This document shows, one piece after another, positions 52,201 to 64,000 of a DNA stretch of 64,000 bases (position 1 is its first letter; every line of letters starts with the position of its first letter). This stretch comes from Raillietiella orientalis. Its lineage: Eukaryota. The stretch lies in assembly GCA_036172245.1 (NCBI GenBank), contig JAYWIR010000012.1, positions 3,782,001 through 3,846,000 of the forward strand. Reading direction: 5' to 3'. The notes under the pieces were generated by a model that saw only the letters and a program-made list of their open reading frames with translations, did not search any database and was not told where the DNA came from. Position numbers and translations under genes: made by a program.

Positions 52201-55200
52201 TAGGCACTCGAATTCGGTTTCGACATCCGCCTCCCGGTTAATCTCATGATGCCAAGGGAGGTTGTGCCTTCATAGGGAGAAGAGGAAAACTCGTGGATGC
52301 GTTCGAAGTAGCAACGGGGGGGAGGGAGCGGAGGGGGAGAACTGCTCGTGTTCTGAAGTGCACCCAGTTTTTGTGGCGTTTTGTTTGCAACTTACAATGT
52401 TTCACGGGCAATTTCAGTGGTTGCCAAGGGCATCTCCCCCTCCATCGTCAGCTTCCCATCAGGGATCTCCTCGGACTTCTCTGCGTTAGTTTTTGTGTGT
52501 CATTAGTGAGATGCCCGAAAGCTAAACTGTCTCTCGTTAAGGAAAGATGAGGAGTAACGTACAGCAGTTGCCCGGATCAAGGACCCCCAAACGGGTAGCT
52601 GTACTAGAGGAGGACCCGTTTTTGCGTTCTTGCTATTCTTCCGCCGTTGGATCCTGTCATTGTGATGTCCTGCAAAAGCAGTTGAATCATCCGCATCACC
52701 TGGAACACGAGCTACCAAGAGAGATGCGTGGGCTCAGAGAAATCTGTAGAGTTGGTTTCACACGTGTTGTGCATTTGTCCCACGAAAGTGCACGCTAATC
52801 TGCATTTTGTTGTTTCTTCTTCGGACGGCACTGTCTTTGGGAACTCCGAAAATTCTTCTAAGTGAAGCTCGTTACCAGGGAAATGCTGCTGTGGAATGAA
52901 GGCATTAGGAAGGAGTGGATATGCGTTTAAAATACTGAGCGAATTAGCAAGTGCGGGCAGTGGATACAATCTCTGCCATTGATCCAGTGATTTATCAGAT
53001 TCTGCTCGTGTTGAAGCTCGAGGCCTTGGCTGCTTGGTTCCTTTCGTCACTTTTCGTCACTTTGCAGCTTTCTGTTCACCGTATGGATTTATGCAATCGG
53101 GGGTCATCGCATCCGATGCATCCGATGAAGTTTACCACGCTTGCTTTCGATTCCTCAGGAGCTTCGAAAAGTGGATAAAATGAAATCAGGAAAAGCTGGT
53201 GCGGGTGGTGTGTGTTCGAGTAGGTGTATACTGCAACACGACCTGCGTGAAGGGGAAAAGGCGTAGTGGAGCGAGCAGTGGGTGGCTGTCGTAATTCTTG
53301 CTCCTTGGTGCACTTGCAGGAGCAGCGCATTCCAACGGATGCAGTCGTTCGTCTGCTTCTTGGTTTGCCTGTATCCAAGGTATAGGAAGCGAGCGAAAAG
53401 GCGATAATCGTAACGGTCCAGATCCCGGAAATTGCACGCTCCCGTGATCGGGTGCAGCATGTTTATCGAGCTCAGCTGAATGAGGTGTTCTGGTATTTCA
53501 AAGCGACTCGCTTTGCGTACTTGGAGTAGCAGAAGGCTCGTTAGGAAGATGATTTGAACGGTTATTTTTGAAACGTTGTAACTTTCGATCGAATCGCATC
53601 TTTTGCTTCGTGGAAACGTGCCAGGGCAGGAAAAGGAAAGTGATCCCAAGCACCACGTCTTCTCGCCGTGAAAATCCGCGAAGCAGGGATGGGTGGGAGA
53701 GCGCTCATTCCGTCGTTTGCTCTTGACTGCATGCTCTCCTTACGAGCACTGTCTTGCACATCTTCCTCCCGTGTTCACCAAGGTGCTTTTCTATTCAGCC
53801 GGAGCGTCCCATGCTTGCGATCTATTTTTAGTATCTGGAGCGCCATCCGAGATACGTTTCCATCAAGAGTTGTGTACCACAGCAACTTTGCTTTGCCGCT
53901 GTTCCTTCGTATTGTCAGGAATCGTTTTGGATAAACTGGGTAGACACTTGCACTCGCTTCCCATGGATTCCAGAGTAATCTCTCCTTTCCCTCTTCACGT
54001 CTCTCCACTTGAAGGGAAGAAGCCCATTTCGGAAGGAAAACCCACACGCCACTTCCGAATTTCGTTCGAATTCGCGGGAGTGGGCCACTCGTGGCTCGTT
54101 TCGATTTTTATTTCCACCCGGGCGTGGTGCTGCCTCTTCCCGAGTTCGTTCTTTAAAAGATGGGTTAATTCTTGCTGCACACCATGCCATGAGCACCCAC
54201 TCGCGTGTCGTGTCGTGTCGTCGTCAGCGCGGGGCGACCGGTTCGAGGAACGTAGCATTCTATTTCTGCATTCCATCTAGCGTCTTGAGTTCGTTGCATC
54301 TCTTTTCATCCGACGCTTGCAGCAGTTGTCTGGCTACCCCATTACTGGCTACGCTGCCATCAATGCTTTCGTGCCAGTGGGTTGTTTTTTTTTTAATGTT
54401 GTTGTTTGTACAGCAAGCATTCGGTGTATGGGGGGACCGTGTGTTGGAACACATCTGTCATCTGTTCTATAAGCCAGAGCGTCTCGAACGGTGGTTGAGG
54501 CCAAGCATCGTCGTTCTTCTTCATCTTTCATTCCTTTTATTCAGATTTTAGAATGGTTTCCCAAATGAGGTCTTTCAAGACTCGTTTCGCCAAGGCATGC
54601 AGAAGACACTTGTCGGCAGTCACGTTTTCCCTGCTGATTGTATCGTGTCCGGGGCGTCTTTGAAGATGTTACCGGATTCCCGGAGCGACCGGAGATTGCG
54701 AATGCGTTGGTTCTGTGTTTGTGGGCAGTCAAATCTGGACCACAAGCCTCCGGAACGTGGATTGGTCGGGAACTTTCCATAGCACGGGACCCTTACCTCT
54801 TACTTGAATCCAGGTCTTTCTACCCGCACGTGGTGGTAATTCATTTTATGTGTTGTAGCCTGTGTTCTTCAACATCTAAACGACCAATTTCTCACGGTCA
54901 CTTCATTCATGACTTGTAGAGATGCTTTGTCTCTTCCTACTTCGTTCTTCTCCCCATTCACAGGAGATTTGCCCGGGTGATAAGGGAACGGATTGCTCCC
55001 TTCACAAAATCTCTTTTGAGGATAACTTGATAATAAATCATATAGGGCGGTCCTTGTAATGTGTTCCTTTTTCGAGTGTATTGTGATGATTTCTTGTCGA
55101 TTTAGTGTGTAAAGGATGCGTTATGGTAGGAATTTGTGCTTGATGACTTGGGTGATTCTGGTGAGTCGCAAGCGATGGTTTCGAAAGTTATTGTTCGCTT

Positions 55201-57947
55201 TCACCGACTTTACCTCTCCCGATTGATCCGCGCACTCCTGAGGTGCCTACTGAATTGCTTTGCGTGTTTGGATTTTTTCTCAACCGCCGTTGTGGTTCTT
55301 CGACAATTCCTCTTGTGGTTCCAATCGTGAACTGTGTCGTTCGTTCGAAACTGTTCCCTCGTTTGAGGTCATGTCGGTTGATTTGATTGATTCTCTAGTG
55401 GAAAACTGGTGCACCTCTCTCTGCTTCATCAGGGTGAGTGTATCCAGGAAGTCGACTTCGAGTTTGCCTTATTTTCGTGCTTCTTTAAGGTTAGCCATGT
55501 TTCATGTCACGTGCGATCCCTGACTTCTAGCTAGAAGAACGGCGACGGATTGGTCAAATTCGTTGATCTTCTCTCCGCTTGTGTCTGCCTCATTTTCTTA
55601 GTAACGTCGTCATTCTTAGAAGTAGGTCAAAAAGTTTTGGAAAGTTGGAATCAGTATTGCAGAATGCGACCCATTTTCTTTCCATTAGAGTGTGTGCGTG
55701 TTGTACATAAATGTTATGTTATTGGTAGATTTGTCCCTGAGGAAGCCAAACCATCGCAAACCCACAGCCGGATTTACGTGTTAGTTCTCCTCCTAGCCTC
55801 TTTCTTTGACCATTCGATTTTTCCAGTGTATTCAGTGTGGATTCACATATTTAGAAGCAGTCCGCTAGGAAGTACGCCGCAACGTGTTTCCTACTGAACA
55901 TTTCGCAGTGTGAAACACCTGAAATTTTGATGTTCCTTGTTGGCCTATATAGTGCACGCACAATGAGCCATTTCAGTTCCTTGAAAATGAAAACCCCCGT
56001 CTCTTTAGCAACAGCATCAACAGTTTTTTGCCCTCTAAAGTGTATGTAGTAAACGTAGTTGAGACGTGATCCCTGGCCAAAACATTGAACCAGCTGTCTT
56101 CCATGACCTTTCGTGGTGTTGTGTTTGTTTGGCCGAAGCACTGTAACTTCTGACTATAATTTCGTGGCTCGATGATCAGAACTTGAAAGAGCAATGCCTT
56201 ATTTGAAGAACATTTTATGTAATCCGCAGCACATTTCTGAATCATTCAGTGTTGTTGGAAAATTACTAAAGGTCAGTTGGATGCCCGTATGAAAAGTTTA
56301 GTAGACGGTCAAGGGAGCAAACGTTTGGAACTCTCGGTGAAAATCACCTGGAGCTTTGGGAATATTGCTGCAGCCTCATCACCTGTCCAGGCGATGTTTG
56401 CTCCCTATTCCGGTCCTCGTGATGACATATTACACCCGGCTTGGTGGTTGTAGTCGGTGAAAGCGGCAAAGCGCCAAGGTTCGTGTAGCTCTCGGAATCG
56501 TGCGACGCAGAAACGGATCCAGTTTCCACGGAAGCCTTTGCTTCGAAAAGATGAAGCTTTTGCTACATTCCATGCCAACGATTGTAAAGTTTTTGCTATT
56601 ATGAGAAAAATAATGGGGAAGATGAGTGCCCGGAACACTACTGAATCAAGTTAAGGATGGAGAGAAAGTACTTTGGTATCTTGTGGTGCCTGACTCTTTG
56701 TGTTATGGTCACCTATTGCTTTAGCACTCGGCAGCAAAAGTACGCCTTTGAACGGATTTCTTGAGTGAGGTTCCTTCGTTCGCTGGCGCTCGCCCGTCTG
56801 TGTGCAAAATAGCACAAAAATCGGAAAGCAAGTGCGCCTGCAGCTCCGTGTCACGACTCGGGTCATGTATCCTCGGTTGATTTTCTTCGATTCGTTCCGA
56901 ACCGAAAGGAAATCTCTGTAGATTGTTTGATGTGCAAATGATCTCGAATTATGGGAAACATCCGTTTCATCATTTCCTTCGGCTGCAACACGTAAGCAGT
57001 TTTTTTCTTTTTTCGAAGCACAAGTGAAAACCACGAGAAAATCGTGTTGGACGCCTCAGAGAATGTGGTTTCCGCCTTCGAATTTCGTCGAGTTCGTCCT
57101 CCCTGGCTTGAAAGTTGATGTCTGCGTCACAGTCGCATGGCACCGTAATGATAGGCGATCTCGATAGATTGGTCCTGGAAGCCATCAGATTGTGAAGTTT
57201 GGTCCCAGAAGGCGATCAGACCGTGAAGCATCATGTATTGATCCTCAGACTGTTTACTGCACGACCGGAATCTGCATGCTTCCAACGCTCTTCGGGATTC
57301 TGAACCAGGAATGATAGAACGACGCTTTTGTGAGAGCCGGGGGGGGGGAGGGGAGGAGAGAGAAACCCTCGAATCGCATGCTCTCCGGATCTTGTGCACG
57401 AGCTCTATGGCGCACCGGTTGTCCTCAATCAACCAGGTCTGAAGGAAATGTTCCCCGTCTTCACGCGTTCTTCCGTTTCGAAACCATCCTTTCGTCATGC
57501 TCTAGCGGAATCCGAGCTGCTACTCCGATTTTCTGTGAGCGCATCATTGAGGATACAAAGAATCCCGAGGGTTTTAGAACAATATTACTTTATTTTATTC
57601 TCTTCGGCAGGCTTACTGAACCAAGCAGAAAACTGCCATCTCTGAACGTGTCACTTTATGCATTTCTTTTTGTCTCTCCTCTCACTAGGGTAATGAAATA
57701 GCAGTGGTGATGGAAAATTTTGATGGAACCGCGAGTGCCGAAGAACTGGCGGTTCACAAAGGTCAGAAGGTGGAAATATTAGCCATTCCTTCTTCGTACC
57801 CCGGAAAATGCCTTGTTCGATTGGTTGCAACCACAAATTCAGTCACTGACCAAGACGTTAAGGGCTTCATTCCTCTGTCGATTCTTAAATTGCCTTTAGA
57901 CGCAGCAAACGCCGAAAAAAGCAGCCTGGAAGCGGAAGTCGGATGTG
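32466..57947 (+). CDS. trio: Triple functional domain protein (Trio / UNC-73 / kalirin family RhoGEF); 5' 28 exons, 3'-partial (DH2-PH2 expected beyond the window)
   Basis: Hand-spliced join keeps one open frame over 5071 nt: 32466-32644, 39001-39193, 39267-39380, 39429-39628, 39677-39896, 39940-40062, 40109-40300, 40355-40486, 40790-40879, 40980-41195, 41244-41366, 42393-42584, 42637-42806, 42884-43055, 43110-43271, 43321-43503, 43548-43667, 43728-43919, 43965-44229, 44277-44515, 44571-44866, 44910-45153, 45201-45425, 45468-45728, 45782-45886, 45938-46068, 46126-46198, 57689-57947. Trio-like motifs: [79 protein letters not shown]. An in-frame ATG at 32445 is an alternative start. Confidence 0.96.
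39001..39193 (+). CDS. trio: Trio exon 2 (SEC14)
   Basis: T-run plus CTAG acceptor; [19 protein letters not shown]...FWQKQRT...KYKFE; GC donor at 39194. Confidence 0.92.
39267..39380 (+). CDS. trio: Trio exon 3 (end of SEC14)
   Basis: [38 protein letters not shown]. Confidence 0.92.
39429..39628 (+). CDS. trio: Trio exon 4 (spectrin repeats)
   Basis: [16 protein letters not shown]...GQRLVQR; AG/GT bounded. Confidence 0.9.
39677..39896 (+). CDS. trio: Trio exon 5
   Basis: [18 protein letters not shown]...[16 protein letters not shown]. Confidence 0.92.
39940..40062 (+). CDS. trio: Trio exon 6
   Basis: [23 protein letters not shown]... Confidence 0.92.
40109..40300 (+). CDS. trio: Trio exon 7
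   Basis: [10 protein letters not shown]...[16 protein letters not shown]...FHEKAEQ. Confidence 0.92.
40355..40486 (+). CDS. trio: Trio exon 8
   Basis: YVNKVEEW...[17 protein letters not shown]. Confidence 0.92.
40790..40879 (+). CDS. trio: Trio exon 9
   Basis: [30 protein letters not shown]. Confidence 0.9.
40980..41195 (+). CDS. trio: Trio exon 10
   Basis: [22 protein letters not shown]...FQGDVKQ. Confidence 0.9.
41244..41366 (+). CDS. trio: Trio exon 11
   Basis: [23 protein letters not shown]...FENVAQ. Confidence 0.92.
42393..42584 (+). CDS. trio: Trio exon 12
   Basis: [22 protein letters not shown]...FYSHEEE. Confidence 0.92.
42637..42806 (+). CDS. trio: Trio exon 13
   Basis: MLNWLDE...[12 protein letters not shown]; phase 0 to 2. 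Confidence 0.88.
42884..43055 (+). CDS. trio: Trio exon 14
   Basis: [13 protein letters not shown]...[10 protein letters not shown]. Confidence 0.88.
43110..43271 (+). CDS. trio: Trio exon 15
   Basis: ISAQVEQWS...GQNLVQ. Confidence 0.87.
43321..43503 (+). CDS. trio: Trio exon 16
   Basis: LLEFIHEK...[18 protein letters not shown] donor at 43504. Confidence 0.9.
43548..43667 (+). CDS. trio: Trio exon 17
   Basis: [12 protein letters not shown]...[19 protein letters not shown]. Confidence 0.92.
43728..43919 (+). CDS. trio: Trio exon 18
   Basis: [14 protein letters not shown]...[12 protein letters not shown]...FYKTAEH; the acceptor is tandem (CAGAAG). Confidence 0.91.
43965..44229 (+). CDS. 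trio: Trio exon 19
   Basis: [19 protein letters not shown]...[18 protein letters not shown]. Confidence 0.93.
44277..44515 (+). CDS. trio: Trio exon 20
   Basis: [13 protein letters not shown]...[19 protein letters not shown]. Confidence 0.93.
44571..44866 (+). CDS. trio: Trio exon 21 (last spectrin repeat and linker)
   Basis: [14 protein letters not shown]...[13 protein letters not shown]. Confidence 0.93.
44910..45153 (+). CDS. trio: Trio exon 22 (DH1 RhoGEF)
   Basis: [17 protein letters not shown]...FLKELEKY...[11 protein letters not shown]. Confidence 0.95.
45201..45425 (+). CDS. trio: Trio exon 23 (DH1)
   Basis: [14 protein letters not shown]...[19 protein letters not shown]. Confidence 0.95.
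45468..45728 (+). CDS. trio: Trio exon 24 (end of DH1, start of PH1)
   Basis: [18 protein letters not shown]...[19 protein letters not shown]. Confidence 0.95.
45782..45886 (+). CDS. trio: Trio exon 25 (PH1)
   Basis: [20 protein letters not shown]...KLVLK. Confidence 0.94.
45938..46068 (+). CDS. trio: Trio exon 26 (end of PH1)
   Basis: [21 protein letters not shown]... Confidence 0.9.
46126..46198 (+). CDS. trio: Trio exon 27 (linker)
   Basis: [24 protein letters not shown]; phase 2 to 0, which joins exon 26 to the SH3 exon in frame. Confidence 0.75.
47560..47613. repeat. Compound microsatellite (TGG)n(TG)n
   Basis: Seen directly; other TG/CA runs at ~36939-36964, 49262-49286 and 59231-59254. 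Confidence 0.9.
50284..50430 (+). CDS. Candidate alternative first coding exon for a short Trio isoform
   Basis: ggcATGG start, 49 open codons ([26 protein letters not shown]...SPQKQ), CAG|GTAAAA donor in phase 0 compatible with the SH3 exon. Confidence 0.45.
57689..57947 (+). CDS. trio: Trio exon 28 (SH3 domain)
   Basis: Pyrimidine tract plus CTAG acceptor; VVMENFDG...[14 protein letters not shown]...CLVRL...[15 protein letters not shown] donor at 57948. Confidence 0.88.
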
Positions 57948-60900
57948 GTAGGTCTCTTCTGCTCTTGCTCTTCCGCTCGCACCTTCTGCCTTAATTATTT
58001 AAATGAATAGCACGAACAGTGAATAATGCCAGATATATGTGCGTACGCATGTGTGTTTTGCCAGGTACATTAATTAAATAAGCTCCCCTCATAACAGGAC
58101 GTCTTGCTTTGTACGCTTTACTTCCTGTTGTTGTGGCCCCTGGTTGATGACTCTGGAGCTTAGCGTTTCCATTTCCAGACAGATTTCTCAGACATTTAAT
58201 TATTCTGTCTTCTTTCTGTTCATTTGACGAGGAAGCCTTCTGTTACCGCTGTTTGGATTTGTATAAGACACAGCAAGACGTGCTTGTGGAGTCGTGTACG
58301 ATCCCAGATTCATGCGTGTTGTAAAAATTTCGCGAACCGCGGGATAGTTTCGTGAGATAAAAGCAAACTTGGAAGCACAGCAGCTTCGTAAACATTTTGG
58401 TTAATTTTCACGATCGTTTTAAAAGGACTGAATATCCCTTTTTTTTTTTCTTTTTTTTTTTTTTTCCATACAAGATATGGACGGCTTCGTTGTACAAACC
58501 CGTCACGAACGTTCGTGAGAGAGGTACATTTTATGAAATAATGTTATTCCATGTAAACTTTATCGATTGAGGCTGTGTACAGTTAAAGTGGAGAAGTACT
58601 CATCAGTACAAAGAAACCGTCGTTTCATGTAGCAGCTCCCAAGTTTCCAGCTTTGTTTTCGGGATCGTTCTCTTTCCACCAGTCGCTTTATGATTTTTCC
58701 TCGGGCTGTTACATATGTGCCTTTTTCTGGTAGTGTGTACATAAACAGTTTGTGTATCCGCTCAAGGAGAAATGTGCACGTATTGCAAACAGTAGACGAT
58801 CTCGCTATTCATCGAGGTACTTCGGATTTGATCGAACACGCACAAAAGGGGTGTAGCAAGCAGCAGTTTTTGCCGAAATCTGTGTGTGTGTGTGTGTTTT
58901 CATCGTGTCCCAATCTCCGGTTGATTCGGTGCTCATTTCTCTACGTAGTGGTTGCCCAGTAGGATGCGACCACAATATTATAATATGACCGATAAGAGGA
59001 ATCGCCAGTCTGTATGTCCATACCGTTACCTGTCCGTCCGTCATGTCTTCGTTGCATCGCTGTAACTCATTTTATTCATTTTTTTTTTTTTTGTTACAAA
59101 GCAAACCCTTCACTGCATTGCAACAATTTCGACAAACTATACAAATCCATATGCGTACCATGTCCTCTGTACACGAGTGTTCGAATCACTTTGCCTTAAA
59201 CAAAACAATACTTGCTACTGTGTTATGGCTTGTGTGTGTGTGTGTGTGTGTGTGGAACGTACGGAACTTTAGTGCTTGTCCACTGGCAATGCCAACATTC
59301 GCAAGACATTTTCTTCCTCTTGATCCCTGAGTTGTAGCAGGCTCCTCCTTTGATCATTACTTTGATGAATATGAATATGGGATGTGTGTTCCTTAAATTC
59401 ACACTTTTCAAATTATTTTTAGGTAATAACACAACTTCAGGCCCAAACATTTCTCCAGTAAGCAAGCGACGCGTATTTTCCGGGTAAGTTTGATTATATT
59501 AATGGTTTGATAATCCCTGTACTCTCGAGTTATGGTTGCTCCCTGCATAGTGAGTGCGCGAGTTGAGAGCATCCGTTGGTACGGCAAAAGTCGTTTCACT
59601 GCAAGTCGGATGCTTAACGTTGTGCATTGATGGATGTGCCTTTAGCGAAAGCCACGATCCCTTGCAGAGTCAGCCGGTCGATTAGGAAGCAGCGGAAATG
59701 GCTGTACATGTAAAAGCTTTATGCGCTCTTTGTGAGTGTCGTTGCTTCGGTGTGACCCCTCCTCGTATCATTTTCCCGGCTGATCGCTGCTCTTCTTGCC
59801 GCCCAAGAAGGGGTTCCCAACGCAAACGTATGCCGTGCCCTTCCCGTGTTCGATTTCCAGCATTTGAAGTGTGCGTCCTCGTGTGCAATGAGGCATCCCG
59901 GCAGATAAGTCTGCCAAGCACCTTGGAGCTGCTGTCCGAGTGGCCTACAGCTCATTACACTGTGTTCTCATTCCTGTGGTTGCGATAATGATTCATAAAG
60001 CTTCGTGAGACTTCCAGCAAACTGATGAGCCGCTCATGTACAGTACGCCAGGCTCAGTAGAATTTCAGCCCGTTCTTTTCTTTTCTTTGGGGGAGGGGGG
60101 AGGGCACCTCGCTCTTCTGGATTGATCGATCCTTTCTCAGTTTTCGGTCGCTATACTGTGACGTCCTGAAGCACCAGCTCGCTCGCCGAATGCCAAGCAG
60201 CATACGGCTTCGTACCAACTGATGATGTACTTCGTCAGGAGAGCTAAGAAAGTTGTCTGGATGCGCTCCGCATCGACTCCTGCAGATTCGTCGCTTCGAC
60301 CAGAAACATACGCGCGCGTGGAAACGCAAGTGGCGCTGGTCTGAGAGTGTGGTCGAACCGCATAATCAGTCCTTCCATTTTCTTAAGCACGCTGGCGAAT
60401 GTAATTGGGCTCATAGGGTGCCCCCGTAGATCCTGTAGTGGTGCCTCATGAACCCGTCGCTTCAGCTCACGAAGGAGTTGTGGCCCTCCTCGGTTCGCAA
60501 CGCTGTTCCTTAAGAAAAGAAAAGAAAAAGACTTCTTCGGGTGCCTCGCACATTCTCTTCGGTCTTCGTCGAAGTCTTCGTAGTCACACCCGGCTGTCTT
60601 TTTTCATTTCTGCCACACATAGCATCGAGATTAGTCTAATTGCCAACGAGTGCAGTTTTACATGTTGGGACACTGAAATCAGGACTTCCCCCAAGCCCCG
60701 TCACGTTTTGCCACAAAACCCAACTTGAGCCTCGACACTTTCAAGTGGCTCACTGTGCATAAGCAGAATAGTTGGTCTTCAAGCAACAGGGATGAAAGGC
60801 TACCGGTGCCGATGCGACCAAAGGCGTGCCAGATCAGATCCGAGTTGATTTTTCCGATTTCCTTTCTGTTTTTTCTTTCCTCTCCTCACCTTTCTTTCTT

Positions 60901-63900
60901 TTTTCTTCGTCTTCATCTTTTTTTAAGGATTACGACGTTTTATTTGCCAGTCGTTTCATTCCAGTGAACCGATGAATTATTTGATTCTCTGCGCTGCCGG
61001 TCACAGGAAGGGGAAAAGAGGTTTTCTCCAGGAATTTCCGAATTCTCAGCTTCCAATCGAAGAATGCTGCTGAGTGAGAGCCACCGGTCGTTGTTATTTT
61101 TTTTTTCTTTTCCTTCCTTCCTTCCTTTCGAATTTCGTGGTTTTTCGTTCACACGAAGGCTCTGCTCGTTTCTGTGAAAGTGAAAAACGTGCGCCTGAGT
61201 AGTTCTGCCACGCTTTCTGATCTCTTAACTGAATTACTAGGAAGGAACACGATGAACACGACACACGTCGTCTTCCACGAGACTCTGCGCTTTCTCCGGC
61301 ACGATGTTGTTGTCATGGACGTCGAGAATGATCGTAGGCAGATTTGTACTTCTCTGCAGATGACAGGCCTGAAACTTCGCGTGGTACACTTAACGTGTTG
61401 GTCCTGCTAGTCATTTTGTCGAACTGGAGAACGTTATGCACCCGGAAGTTATTGATCACTGCCCATGATCAGTGGATTATGCCAAAGGATTTTCTTCTTC
61501 CATATCAGCTGATGTTGATGGCCAGAAACCGCTTCTAATCAATTTGCTAAGTGCTCGCTTATGGCAAGGTCTTTTTTTTTTTTCCTCCTCTCTCTCTCCA
61601 GGGCAGTTGGCGGCAGAGCGCCTCTTTGCGTGCATTTTCCAAAAGGTGGCACGTTCCTCCTTTTCCCCTGCTCTCTTCCCTTCCTGAATTTACTCCTTTC
61701 TCGAGATCGGCTTCGCCTACTTAGCATCTTGCCGGGATGCGTACAGTTACGATGACAGAATTGGTGGTCTTGTCACGGAGCATTCGGTATGAATGATGCA
61801 ATGATGGTCGCCTCCTCATAACGTTTGCCAATTAGACAACCAACGTCCTTTGCTGCCCTCCCCCGGTTTCACAGGATTTCATAAGCAGCGTCCGGGTTCT
61901 GCGTCAGCATTCTCCTTTTTGTTCATTTTTCTTCGTGCATGGTGTGCTGCTGCTGCTCCTTTCGGCACATATCCTCCACGCGTGCCGTTCGGACGGCATG
62001 TTGTTTTTGATTCGGAATTATTGACTGCTTCGAAGCAGGCTCTTCCTCCCGTGTTCAGTGTCTCCTCCCATCTCGCTCGCGCCACTGCTTCCCGCTGCTT
62101 TGTGTTGATCCATCGTTCTGTGTTTTCGTACCCAAACTCCAGGAGACGGCATGGAATGGCGACCGAATTTACTCCCTGCACCGCTGCTCTCATGCAGCCC
62201 ACGAGCGTCGCCGCTATCTCTCCCGCATCTGTTCCCAAACATCCAAGAGATTGGACATTCTTGTAAGCCTCTCTTCCTCCCTCTCCTCGTCCTCCCCTGT
62301 TGCGTTTTTTCCTGTTTGCAATTCACAGCCGGCCATTCATGCGCATCTGATGTGTGCTTTTCCTGCACAGCTCGTCGCTCCGTCGACTGCGGGGATCGCT
62401 CCTGCCTTTTAAAAGACGAGTGTTCCGCACCCTCTCCTGGTAGTAGTAGGTTCGACACTCCTGGGTGCCATACATTCATTTTTTGGCTGGAACCTTCACT
62501 CTTCCACACGGGCTCAGTCGCCACCAAACAATTTGTTTTGCTTTCCTCTTTTCCTTTCGGTCCTTCAGCGTTTCGGTTTTCTCTTCGGCACACACTGAAT
62601 GGAGTGTCGTGCACCGTGTCATTCGTTTCTCACATGCACTGAATGTTGGTCCTGCCGAGGAATGTGGAAAGACAGGCACCCCGATAACGCGGTGGGAAAT
62701 CTTCAAAGCTCGTGATCGAAAACGATTTCGAAACGTCTAGTCAGCTGTTTGCTTCCTCGTGAGGAACGTCGCTTGGCGTGAATCCCTCCGAAGCCCACAA
62801 AACAGTAGGATGTGGTGCGTCCAACTGCGGAGACGTGGTGGTGGTGGCGGTGGTGGTGGTGCGCTTTTTCGCTTCATACGTCCGATTGCACGTGAAGCTG
62901 TGAGGAGGGCTGGACGGAAGGCGCGCGCCACGCTGTTTCTTCTCCAGCCGGACGGTCACCCCGCACCGCGCTTCTCTCAAAAGTCACGTGGACCCACCCC
63001 GTGTGCACTCTGGGCCATCGCAGGAGCGGGCTCGCTTCTCTCGTGAACTTTCTACCTCTTTTCTTTTCCTTTTTTACCCCCTAAGGTTTGTGAAGTTTTT
63101 TTTTTTTTTTTTTTTTAATGCGTTCCTGTGAACTGCAGATTATGGTGTTTTGAAGTGCATTTCGTAAATGCATTCTTTGCTTCCGTCTTGCTTTCATTTT
63201 TCCTTTCCTTTCTGCCTTCTAGCCCTCTGCCTCGGGGTATCACTCTGCGCAAAATGTGTTTCGTAAAAATGAAGTTTCCAGGTTTTCAAAGGTTCCGTTG
63301 TTCGGTTCCGTGTCGAGTGCTTTCGAAGTCGTGTTGTGTGTTTGCTGTGCTTCCCCGTTCGCCAGCAATCCCAATTCCACGTTTTGCGTATTCCATAATG
63401 TCTGTTGCAACGATAAGCTCTCATAACGATTGCGGTCCTGAATTCCAGTTTCTTGATGTTTCCAGAGAGTTTCCTCTTCCCGGCCGTTCGTCCCACTGAT
63501 TACGTGTCTTTGTTCGTGATTTCCGGTGCAAGAACGTCCTCCCCCCCCCCCCCCCTTCCAGCCTTATTAATAGTGTCTGAGCATTTATCTGGTTTGCCCT
63601 GCATATGTGTAGATGCATTTGGATCTCTCGTCTCGGTTCTCGCGTGCATACTTTTTTCCCTTTCATCTTCTTTTCCTTGTCCTGAGGATCGGAGGCCAGG
63701 TACCACGAAAGATTCGTTTCGAAATACTTTCCAAGCACCAAACGTGCTAGGAAATCTTTTTCTATCACCGCCGTGTCGGTGTTGCATCGGGAGGTACCTC
63801 GTGGAATTCCTTTTCTCTTGAGCTAATGGACCTCACGCGAATCCTGTGTTTGTTTTCTCACGATGATTCGAAGGCTTGCCTCTGTAAAGACGTCTTATTA

Positions 63901-64000
63901 GTCTTCGGGAAAGGAGCGAACTTTCGGGCTCCCAAGTTTTGTGCACTGATTTTGTTGGAAACTGCGGTGAAGAGTAATGGGGATGGAGGACACGTTGTGT

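Noticed and set aside
46300..64000. ORF-track proteins in the large Trio introns (e.g. 50824-51531, 53693-54280, 62018-62614) as nested genes
   Set aside because: No recognisable motifs or consistent exon chains; composition is intron-like
1..64000. Prokaryotic operon, defence system or alternative genetic code
   Set aside because: Spliceosomal intron structure is clear, and the 1690-codon Trio frame reads without internal stops in the standard code

Overview
Eukaryotic, animal (arthropod-like) genomic DNA in two compartments. (1) Bases 1 to ~24,800 are GC-rich and dominated by decayed transposon sequence. They hold three Tx1/L1-type LINE ORF2 relics, weak DIRS-like motifs, a tRNA-derived SINE-like head, inverted repeat pairs and polypurine/polypyrimidine tracts. 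Inside this block is a candidate small secreted-peptide (neuropeptide-like) precursor gene on the + strand: a signal-peptide-like exon at 12614-12729 joins in phase across a ~12 kb repeat-filled intron to an exon at 24690 encoding RR-DARIQMGL-G-KKR, and a nearby ORF ends in P-G-RK-stop. (2) From 32466 to the window end lies a Trio/UNC-73/kalirin-family RhoGEF gene on the + strand. I traced 28 exons by hand (5071 nt, ~1690 codons) covering SEC14/CRAL-TRIO, spectrin repeats, DH1-PH1 and SH3; the gene continues past 64000. Of 27 introns, 20 are 42-60 nt, two need GC donors and many lack a polypyrimidine tract. Candidate alternative last and first exons lie in the large introns. Almost all ORFs in the supplied track are spurious. 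All coordinates were counted by eye and no database search was run.
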